Under the pieces are notes generated by a model. It did not search any database. It saw only the letters and a list, made by a program, of their open reading frames with translations, and was not told where the DNA came from. A stretch of DNA of 20,000 nucleotides. Origin: Craspedostauros australis. Its lineage: Eukaryota. The stretch lies in NCBI GenBank assembly GCA_030167865.1, contig JALAGF010005392.1, forward strand, positions 51,051 through 71,050. The letters are read 5' to 3'. The position numbers and the translations under genes are program-made. Below, one piece after another: positions 9,277-17,490 of the stretch. Numbering within the stretch: the first letter of the stretch is position 1; every line of letters begins with the position of its first letter.

Positions 9277-10319
9277 GGAATTTGGCTTTTCGCCTCCCTC
9301 GAAAGGTTCTCCTGTGTCACGATCCTTAGTGTTGTTGTTGGTATCGACTTCGGTGTTGTGGGTGACGCACAGCATGAAGGTCCGTGAGAGTTCGGCTTCG
9401 CTCCTGGCTCGCACGACCACGCATCTTCAGAGAGGTAGGTACCCTGTCGTGGATGGTCTGGAGTGGATGTGGGGTGTTGTGGTGTGGTGTGATGTGATGT
9501 GATGGACATCATCGCACAAACGTTGGCGGCGCCTCATGTTGTTCTCTGATGGCCAATTCGTCTGGACGTCGTACGGCAAGAAAAACGTCAGGTGGCACCC
9601 GGAGGTTAAACTATCTCATCTCCGTTTGTTCTTTGGCATTCTCAAGTCGCAGATGACGTCACAGAATACGATGGTGTGGTGATTGGACGTACTCACGGTC
9701 AGACTTTCGCGCCACGAGTGAACCGAAACATCAATCGTGTTTGGGCATTTCCACCAAGTTGTGATCGTGTCTCGGATCGTCGTTTTTGTCGCAATCCCCA
9801 CCATGTCACATCATCATCGTCATCATCTCTGACCCCTTGCTGTCTTCGACCCGCCTGTCGCAACGCACAACCCATCATCTCTCTTGGGTCCACGATCGAG
9901 GGAACTTCGCTCCGAGGCGATGTCCACACCAAAGTCGAGATTGTATGAGGAATCAATGAGAGGATGAACACGAACCAAACATGAACTAAACACCATGCTA
10001 ACATCAACCAAACAACACAAGATCCTTGATGATACTCTCCCCTTGTGTGATGCGTGTACTCCGTTCACATCCAAACCAAGTCGGACTCGTACCCCCACTC
10101 TGCCCTTTGGCCAAACAGCCACCTTCGCCCTCAGAAAAGCACCACAGCTTCCATCCTCATCACCACCGCTGAAGCAACACGCAACATCGCCACAACCTTA
10201 GCTGCTCACGCTTCAGCAGAAGTAGCAACACCAACAACCCCTTGCTCCTTCCTCCCATTCTTGCTCTCGCCCTCGTTCGTTGACCACCGTCGTTCGCACA
10301 CAAAACGAGTACAGCGATA

Positions 10320-10973
10320 ATGGTTGGCCTCAAGCCAAAAAGGCAAAAGGTGGAAGCGCCTCCGTCACCACCACTACTGCAGCCTACAAATGCGAAAGTG
10401 ATTGGGAGCTATATTGCACATCATTGCGAGCAATCTGAAGATCCCGACGCCAACACCAAAGAAGGGGGTTCCAAGGAAGCTTCCTTGGAGGAGAGAATAT
10501 TTCAGAGGAGGATCATCAACAACGAGACGGAATTCTCTGCTCTTGGCTCCATGAGCGACTTCCTGACCTCGTCGGTGGAGGATTTTGGCAACACTCTGGT
10601 CCACAGATGGCTCATGGCACATGTGGAACAATCCAAGAATGTCCCAACCTGCATCGCCAATAGCGTCACAAAGAACAGGGAAGGGAAGGAACTCCAAGGC
10701 TCCGAGAAGGCCATCGAAGGGGTGCACAAGGAACTCCTTGGTGTCACAGACGAGCGCCGCACAAAATACAACCGTGACAACGATGGCAAAATAAGGTTTG
10801 AGAGGCTCAATTGCCGCTCCGCGGATGGCGACGGTCTGGCCTATTACATGGGGGGCGCTATGTTCCGCCACGAAGGAATCTCGAACGTAAAAATGAACAA
10901 CACCTTCATTCAGAAGCCCAAGCTTGACAGCAATATTATGACCAAGGTTGTTGGCAAGTTCCGCTCACAGTAA
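10320..10973 (+). CDS. Hypothetical 217-aa protein with N-terminal basic NLS-like motif
   Basis: ATG-initiated ORF with protein-like composition and KPKRQK near the N-terminus, preceded by a C/A-rich UTR-like leader. No recognised domain. Confidence 0.5.
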   Translation: MVGLKPKRQKVEAPPSPPLLQPTNAKVIGSYIAHHCEQSEDPDANTKEGGSKEASLEERIFQRRIINNETEFSALGSMSDFLTSSVEDFGNTLVHRWLMAHVEQSKNVPTCIANSVTKNREGKELQGSEKAIEGVHKELLGVTDERRTKYNRDNDGKIRFERLNCRSADGDGLAYYMGGAMFRHEGISNVKMNNTFIQKPKLDSNIMTKVVGKFRSQ

Positions 10974-11160
10974 CCTACGATCGTGGAAGATGGTGTTGGT
11001 TGATAGTTGTCTGTTTGCTATTTCATTACTTGGTTACTCCGATCCTCTCGGTGTACACCAGTTGTCTTACCCGATGCTCTTGGTGCTTCAATCTGTTTTG
11101 TAGATTCGGTCTCCGACTATGAGTCGGTACGCGAGATCCTCTCTCGCTCCTCTCTGTATT

Positions 11161-11180
11161 CTCTCTCTCTCTCTCTCTCT
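11161..11180. repeat. (CT)10 microsatellite
   Basis: Ten perfect CT units within a pyrimidine-rich tract (~11138-11181). Confidence 0.95.
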
Positions 11181-11333
11181 CAACATCATGTGCTCATGCT
11201 ACACGATACTCCGTGTTCGATACGTATTCCGCATTCGACACTCCGTTCGTTCAGTACTGGTTCCTACTCCATGAGTACTTACCATTTGAAGTTCACCTTC
11301 AGTATCCATCATCTTCATGGGTCATCGGATCTT

Positions 11334-11431
11334 NNNNNNNNNNNNNNNNNNNNNNNNNNNNNNNNNNNNNNNNNNNNNNNNNNNNNNNNNNNNNNNNNNN
11401 NNNNNNNNNNNNNNNNNNNNNNNNNNNNNNN
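11334..11431. other. Assembly gap (98 N)
   Basis: Run of N; the true distance and linkage between the two halves of the window are unverified. Confidence 0.99.
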
Positions 11432-11646
11432 GAAGTACCTCGAGATTCTCTTGGTACCATTGGTGGATGGACGGACGATCTTCCAATTCTCTCAGAAATC
11501 GTTATTTGCAAATTTTCTCCAGAAATCTTGCCCCTTTTCATGTGTTCCATTTCCGCTGTAATTCTGACGAATCCCATCATACTATTGACATGAATATAGT
11601 TATACCGTTCAAGTGCATATGAGAGAATAGCGGGTGAACGATGCAC

Positions 11647-11662
11647 ATAAATAAATAAATAA
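11647..11662 (-). repeat. (TTAT)4 3' terminal tail of the retrotransposon
   Basis: + strand ATAA x4 at 11647-11662, directly after the 3' UTR; the sequence beyond it is AT-richer. Confidence 0.8.
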
Positions 11663-11805
11663 CTCAAGGATTAGTCGGTCTTATGCTGCGACTGCGTCGG
11701 CGACGCTTTTCTCCGCCTCCTTTCAACTCCATGTGGAACACATGGAGGGGGTACGGAATCTGAGGTATGTGTATTGGACTCTGTCGGTGTTCTTGCGTGG
11801 TATTC

Positions 11806-14800
11806 TCACTTGGGTGCTTCTGTCGGACGTCGAATTTGGAAACCTGTGCGCGAGTGGACTTGCATCCACTTGGCTAGTGGTCCGGCGGCCATGCGGGTAT
11901 GGAGTAGCCTTGCGGCCTGCTCCATCCACAGGGCTACGCTTGCTGCGTCGGCGTCCCTTCCTGGGTAAGACTTGCGGATGCGCTTGTGCGCAATATTGTT
12001 GTCTTGGAGCTTGCCGGCCAGATCTTCCGACCTGGCTCGCATGGCCTCCATCATATCTTGCTCAGCTGACTCGGCTTCGTGAAACATGTCATGATTTCGA
12101 AGCCGCCATTGCTCCCACGCTACTTTCCATACGCGTCGGGCCAGCTCTGCCCCCCACGTTAGGGGCGATCGTCGCGATCCCTGACTCACCAGGAAGTCTG
12201 TCTGTATGCTCACCCACTTGGACCCGATCATTCCTCGCGAGAGGGAGATTTGGCCTATCTGTCGTTGCTGCTCCACTGCTTCCGCCGTTGAGCCTCGCAC
12301 GCTAGTCGATTGCAGGTAGGCCGCTCCGGCGAACTGGCTTTTCAACATCGCTGTCATTGCCGCCGTGACTTGTGGACTCGTCGGGTACTTCGCCATCCAC
12401 ATCCGGATTCCGAGTAGGTGCTTCTTCGTCGCCTCCTTCCGGTGCTCCGCGGGGCATTCCCAGATGTGCTTCGAAGTCTCTTCCGCACCACAACTGGGGC
12501 ATTGGCTGGATTCTCGGAGCCCCCACTGCTTCATGCGTCGTCCCACGGCTGCTTCCCCTGCGACCAGCTTGAACGTCAGCGCCGCGCTGGCGTGATCCAG
12601 ACCCTTGATTGCCCTGCTTACCACCGGCCAACTGACTTCCGCTGCCTGGTGTACCACTTTCCGTTTGCGTAGGATCTCGAAGGTTGATGCGGCCAGACCT
12701 TCCTCGGCTATATGTGCGTAGCGCACCGAGGTTATCTTCATATGCCTGAAGAGGCATACTTCCTCCCCTTCGATGATCCCATCATAAGGCGTGGCTCCCT
12801 GGTTGGATCGTCGTTGCGCCCCGGCCAGTCTGTCAGCTTCCACGTTCATTCTCGCCCAGTCGTCCAGTTCGTGCCATGGCTTGCCGTCGTCTTGGTGTCC
12901 CTTCACGTGTCTTCCGACGATCTCTATCGGTAGTCGTCGCATTTTGTGCCTGGTGGCCCTCATGAGATCTGCGTCGGTCGCTTTGGCGGTCATGTACCAC
13001 TCGGTGTCCAGAGCCTTGAGGGCTCCCACGTTGTCGCATCCTACGGTGGCTTTTCCGGCGAGGATTCGCTGGGAGGTGCATATGCTTTGTAGCATTACCA
13101 TGAGACTGTACAGCCCGGACAGCTCCGCCCGGTGCGACTGCATGGTGTCGCTGCTGCGAGGTGTCCCGCACGTCACCCAGATCTTGGTTGTCTGGCCTCG
13201 AGACTTCCCGGTGACGACCGCGCCTGCTGCGCCTTGCCCGTCGGCGACGGACCCGTCACTGCAAGCGGTGAGCGTGCCGTCGCGGATGGCTTCTCCCAAT
13301 ATTGCTTCCTCTCCTTCCATCTCCCATGCCGCTATCGCCCACGCCGAGGATTCTGGCAGTTGCCTGATGGTCTCTTGTAGGTTAAGCGCTGCCGGCTGGG
13401 GCATGCCTGGTATGCCTGGCGCCGATGCCGTGATCGTGATGTTGGGTCCGCTGTGGTATCCGTCCACCAGTCCCGTGCCGTGCGTCGTCCTGCCTCTGGT
13501 TTCGGTGTATTCTTTCTTGCGTCCACGTCGAGGGATGCGCCTGTAATATATTGCGTCTTGGCCTGCCGCCGTCACTCTGTCTGCTCCGGGGTCATACCGG
13601 AATTGGGGCACCTGGGAGCTGTAGCTGCGCCATTGACCCAGGGACTTCGCCAGCGTTCTTGTCTGCCCTCGTGTGGGCGGGTAACACCGGTCGATCGCCT
13701 TCTTCCATTCCTTCCACTGTGTGGGCGTGGGCTCTCCTACCGGGGGCCATTGCAGCCGGCTCCGGCGCAGTGGTATTGGCCCAGGAGAAGTAGACTCGGC
13801 TAGGACCTCGTCTCCGCGTACATTCGTTATATCGGAAACCCATAGCACTTTCTTCGCAATGCGGCATTGGTTGACTGCTTGGAGCGAAGCCTTGGGTAGG
13901 TCGAGCGCAAGCACCCGTTCCATGATGAACGAGTCGCCTTCTCTGGGCTTCGGTATTGACTCCGTCTCGAACTGGAGCTTGACGCTCACGTGATTTAGCT
14001 CTGTCCATACTGATTGCATCCAGGATGGAGACAGTACCCCTTTCCATTGGCAATGCTTCCGTGTGAACACCTGGTCCACTCCCGCTTGCAACTCCAGAAT
14101 GCTCAGCGCATTGCGCATTAGCTTTCCGGTGATCGTAGGTTGTCCCCAGTGCTTGACGATTTCCTCGATATGGCGAGTGATCTGAGTGTAATACAGGTGC
14201 GGGATCCCGAGGCCGATGGTCTTCCGTGGCCCGAACACCAGGGCTCGCGACACGTTTCGTTGTATCCCCATTGCAGGCAACGCTGATTGAAGCATTGGCC
14301 TCATTACGCCTTCGGATTCCTCCTTGGAGAACGTGGCGCTTGCGAGCGGATATTCCAGAGTCTTCATAATGGTGGAGTGTAGGGCTACTTTCGCCTGTCC
14401 TCGGAGAAGACCTCCCCGTCGAACTGCGTCCGCCCACTTGCGGGCTTTTTGGGTGTACATCCGCACGTTGTCTTGCTGATCTCCGTCGTGACGGACCATG
14501 ACTCCAAGCGCTTTCCTTGACTGGCTGGCTGACAGGCGAAGTAAAGTCGACCTTTCGTTGCTGTCCGGCTGCCTGATGCTGATGCTCCCTGGGATTTCTT
14601 CCTCATCGCAGTACGCCCATTCCTTGCCGTCCCATTTGAATGCTAGCAGGTACCAGTAGCTCTTTTTTGGCTCGAGGGCACCGCCTGTGGCTCTGAGCAT
14701 ACCTTCCCACGTGTCGACCACCCGTTGTATCTCCTTTATGCATTCCTCGTTGTTGGTCGGGTCCGTCTGTATGGTGTGGATAATGTCTGTGTCGTCGACG

Positions 14801-17490
14801 AAGGAGAAGCACACTAGCTGGACCGTCTCGTTGGTCACGGGGTGTCGTGTGGTGAATCCGTAGCCTCTTTCGGCCATGGTCTTCATCAATGGTGAGCTCA
14901 TGGCGACCCATCCGGCTGGCGATATTCCCAGTCCTTGCAGTAGTCCTTGAAGTTTGGGCTCTCTTTTCGGATAGGTGGTTCGTGACAATCCGTAACCTGT
15001 TAGCACGTGATGCTTCATCGCCTCCACTGCTGCTACCACGCTCGTGCTTACGACTGGTGGCACTCCGATGCTACGCATGCTGAGTTGCAATGGTACGTGT
15101 GCCATTCGGTCGTAGCAACTTTTCGCGTCATTCGAGCACACGAAGCTTGTGCACCCTGTGCTCCGGATTATGTCGCTTGTGAGCCGGTTGTTCAGGCTTA
15201 CTTCCGCCGCGCTGCGCTGCTTCCGACTTCCGTATTGCTCTTCGGGTAGTAGGCCGTGGGCTTCTGCGTGGCTCATCATTTCCCGCCCTATCTTTTTGAG
15301 GTTGGCATTGAAGTCTCCTTCTACTAAGCTGATGGTACGGAACCTTTCAACTCTGTAGTTGCCTTCTTCTTTCAGCAGCGTGATGTCTGAGCAGCGGAGC
15401 CACCTTTGCAGGTTGTACCCTGACCTTAGCGAGACCTCGCGCATGGCTGCATCAGCCGTTGCGACCTCGGGGATTTTGGCGTTGGCCTTCCACATGCCGA
15501 AGTGCAGACCTGATGGCCCTGATGCCGTGCGCTCTCGAGCTTTCGCCCAAGCTTGCTGGTGCTCCTTGGTGGTAATCTCAAACCGGATATCGCTCCACAA
15601 TGGTGACTGGCTGGTTGCGTGCAGCTGCTCCAGCAATGCCATGGAGTACTGGTCCATGGAGTTTCCGTGCCGACGTGCTGCGAATCTGATGCCTCCTTGC
15701 TCCAAGCTGCGCTTGAACCCGTCGGATTGCATCGGCGTGACATATGCTTGCCTATACTTCTGTTCGTTGGCTTTCATGCACTGGGCGATGACTTCCTGCT
15801 CTTTGCTGAATGTGCGTTCTTCCCCATTTCCATCCTTGGCGATGACTGCCGTGACCTTGCTTCCGCTAGAGTCTCCTTGTATTGCGCGTTTGATGGACCT
15901 GAAGGTCTCCGCTGTCTCCTCTCTTGTGATGAGGATGGCGAGTGCGGTGCTGGCGGGTGTGTTGCCTGCCTCCGCCATTTCGTCCGCTCGTTGTTCGAGG
16001 AATGTCCGTCTGTGTGTGAGAGCTTCGCGTTTGATTCGTTTCCAGTGCTCATGGGCTTCTTTTCTTTTCCGTTGGATGTCGTCCAGAGTGAGGTGTGCCG
16101 TTGGTTGGCGTACGCCTGCTGCTTTTTTGGCACGGTCATACCATCTGGCACTGACCCTTGATCCCTGCCGTCGCTTCCACGCTATCTCCCAGAACTTTTT
16201 CTCCATCGCCGCCTTTTTCGCTTTCGGGGAGTATGGCACTCTGCCCGCGAACACTCGTCTGGATCCCCGTTCGGCCTGCGTCACGATTCTCGAGCGCTCC
16301 GTGTCGATGTCCTCGATCTCCGCGATAATAGCGTCCGTCATTGCTTCACTCCTTCGCACTGCTGCCAACACTGCCGCCGACCGCTGTGTGAGCTTGGCGT
16401 CTTCATAGCCGGCTGTCACTGCTTTCTGATATCTTTTCAGCGTGGCTGGCTTGTTGGTCTGCAATCGTCTGCCTTCGAACTTCTGTGTCGGTCGGCTGCG
16501 TGTGCCGAAGATGGATTCACTGGATATTTCTATCCAGGCTGTGCGGTGGTCCCAGCTTCCGAATTGACTGTAACCCGCTCGTTGTACCATCACTGATTCG
16601 GACACCCAGATGCTGTCTATCACTCTTTCCGATTCCGATCGTATTTGGGTGGACACCGGTGCTTGGCTCGGATGTTTGCTGAGTATTGTTTCCTTCAGCC
16701 CTTGTCGTTGTAGCATCGTTGCCATCTGCGAGTTTGTGACTTGCATGTTGATGTCGCCACCAATGATGATTGTTTCTCCCGCTTCGTGCCATTTGTGTAT
16801 CTCCTCTTCTAGGTCTTGTATGAGCATTGCAATGGGCGCCGTTGTGATCCCTTCAGACTCCAACCAGGTTGCGTGCTGATTTGCTACCGTGCGCGGCCCT
16901 TTTCCGGATGACGTTGGGATGTAGACGCTGACCACTCTCACGGCTTTGTCGTCTTTTCCTCGAAGTGTCATGCTGGCCCATCTGCCTAATTTCCTTGGGT
17001 CCTCGTGGGAGAGTATGTGCCTTCCCGCTATGTTGTTGATGAGCAAGCATCCTGTCCCTCCCCATTGCCTTACCGGGCCCATTTTTTCCTGTTGGTTGTG
17101 TGCCATGTTTTGGCGCCACGAGCTGAACTGGCCTTTGATGCGCGAGTGCCACGAGTGGCGTTTCGCGACCTTGGACCAGTTCAAGCCAATCTCGGAGAGC
17201 AGAACCACGTCGAGCTTCAGTTGTTTAGTCCACTCCCATGCGTCTCTGTTCTTCCAATGGCCGGTCTCTTCGGGTAGACAGCCCACGTTGAGAGCACCTA
17301 TGCGTAATGTGTGGTGCCCTTTGTCGCGAGGGTTGTCTCCCCAGTAGGAGACCTGGGGGTCGCGCTCATTCCGACGCGCGTCCTCCCCTGATGCATCCGT
17401 TAGGCTTGCGGAGGTGGGTGTTGATGCTTCCCGTTCCTCCAGCCCAACGTTAATCAGTGGATTGGCCCCCTGCCGTGCTTGAGCCGGGGG
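11806..17490 (-). CDS. Retrotransposon ORF2 (pol): APE endonuclease, reverse transcriptase, RNase H, CCHC zinc motif; stop-to-stop frame of 1894 codons with no AUG before the endonuclease
   Basis: APE: LRIGALNV, DVVLLSE, VVSVYIP, IIIGGDIN, IDSIWVS, WDHR. RT: RTISLVEGDFN, EQYGSRK, SNDAKSCYDR, LQG..ISP, FSFVDDTD (~14790), LEPKKS, LGV. RNase H: CSDGS, RAELSG, GCDN, HVKGH, NVEADRLA (~13260-12830). CPSC…H…C at ~12454-12502. I extended the frame by hand upstream of the track's GTG (17286) to the TGA at 17493-17491. Confidence 0.93.
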   Translation of the reverse strand, partial: PPAQARQGANPLINVGLEEREASTPTSASLTDASGEDARRNERDPQVSYWGDNPRDKGHHTLRIGALNVGCLPEETGHWKNRDAWEWTKQLKLDVVLLSEIGLNWSKVAKRHSWHSRIKGQFSSWRQNMAHNQQEKMGPVRQWGGTGCLLINNIAGRHILSHEDPRKLGRWASMTLRGKDDKAVRVVSVYIPTSSGKGPRTVANQHATWLESEGITTAPIAMLIQDLEEEIHKWHEAGETIIIGGDINMQVTNSQMATMLQRQGLKETILSKHPSQAPVSTQIRSESERVIDSIWVSESVMVQRAGYSQFGSWDHRTAWIEISSESIFGTRSRPTQKFEGRRLQTNKPATLKRYQKAVTAGYEDAKLTQRSAAVLAAVRRSEAMTDAIIAEIEDIDTERSRIVTQAERGSRRVFAGRVPYSPKAKKAAMEKKFWEIAWKRRQGSRVSARWYDRAKKAAGVRQPTAHLTLDDIQRKRKEAHEHWKRIKREALTHRRTFLEQRADEMAEAGNTPASTALAILITREETAETFRSIKRAIQGDSSGSKVTAVIAKDGNGEERTFSKEQEVIAQCMKANEQKYRQAYVTPMQSDGFKRSLEQGGIRFAARRHGNSMDQYSMALLEQLHATSQSPLWSDIRFEITTKEHQQAWAKARERTASGPSGLHFGMWKANAKIPEVATADAAMREVSLRSGYNLQRWLRCSDITLLKEEGNYRVERFRTISLVEGDFNANLKKIGREMMSHAEAHGLLPEEQYGSRKQRSAAEVSLNNRLTSDIIRSTGCTSFVCSNDAKSCYDRMAHVPLQLSMRSIGVPPVVSTSVVAAVEAMKHHVLTGYGLSRTTYPKREPKLQGLLQGLGISPAGWVAMSSPLMKTMAERGYGFTTRHPVTNETVQLVCFSFVDDTDIIHTIQTDPTNNEECIKEIQRVVDTWEGMLRATGGALEPKKSYWYLLAFKWDGKEWAYCDEEEIPGSISIRQPDSNERSTLLRLSASQSRKALGVMVRHDGDQQDNVRMYTQKARKWADAVRRGGLLRGQAKVALHSTIMKTLEYPLASATFSKEESEGVMRPMLQSALPAMGIQRNVSRALVFGPRKTIGLGIPHLYYTQITRHIEEIVKHWGQPTITGKLMRNALSILELQAGVDQVFTRKHCQWKGVLSPSWMQSVWTELNHVSVKLQFETESIPKPREGDSFIMERVLALDLPKASLQAVNQCRIAKKVLWVSDITNVRGDEVLAESTSPGPIPLRRSRLQWPPVGEPTPTQWKEWKKAIDRCYPPTRGQTRTLAKSLGQWRSYSSQVPQFRYDPGADRVTAAGQDAIYYRRIPRRGRKKEYTETRGRTTHGTGLVDGYHSGPNITITASAPGIPGMPQPAALNLQETIRQLPESSAWAIAAWEMEGEEAILGEAIRDGTLTACSDGSVADGQGAAGAVVTGKSRGQTTKIWVTCGTPRSSDTMQSHRAELSGLYSLMVMLQSICTSQRILAGKATVGCDNVGALKALDTEWYMTAKATDADLMRATRHKMRRLPIEIVGRHVKGHQDDGKPWHELDDWARMNVEADRLAGAQRRSNQGATPYDGIIEGEEVCLFRHMKITSVRYAHIAEEGLAASTFEILRKRKVVHQAAEVSWPVVSRAIKGLDHASAALTFKLVAGEAAVGRRMKQWGLRESSQCPSCGAEETSKHIWECPAEHRKEATKKHLLGIRMWMAKYPTSPQVTAAMTAMLKSQFAGAAYLQSTSVRGSTAEAVEQQRQIGQISLSRGMIGSKWVSIQTDFLVSQGSRRSPLTWGAELARRVWKVAWEQWRLRNHDMFHEAESAEQDMMEAMRARSEDLAGKLQDNNIAHKRIRKSYPGRDADAASVALWMEQAARLLHTRMAAGPLAKWMQVHSRTGFQIRRPTEAPK

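Noticed and set aside
11007..11667. ORFs spanning the N gap
   Set aside because: Artefacts of translating through Ns; the flanks show no recognisable coding motif.
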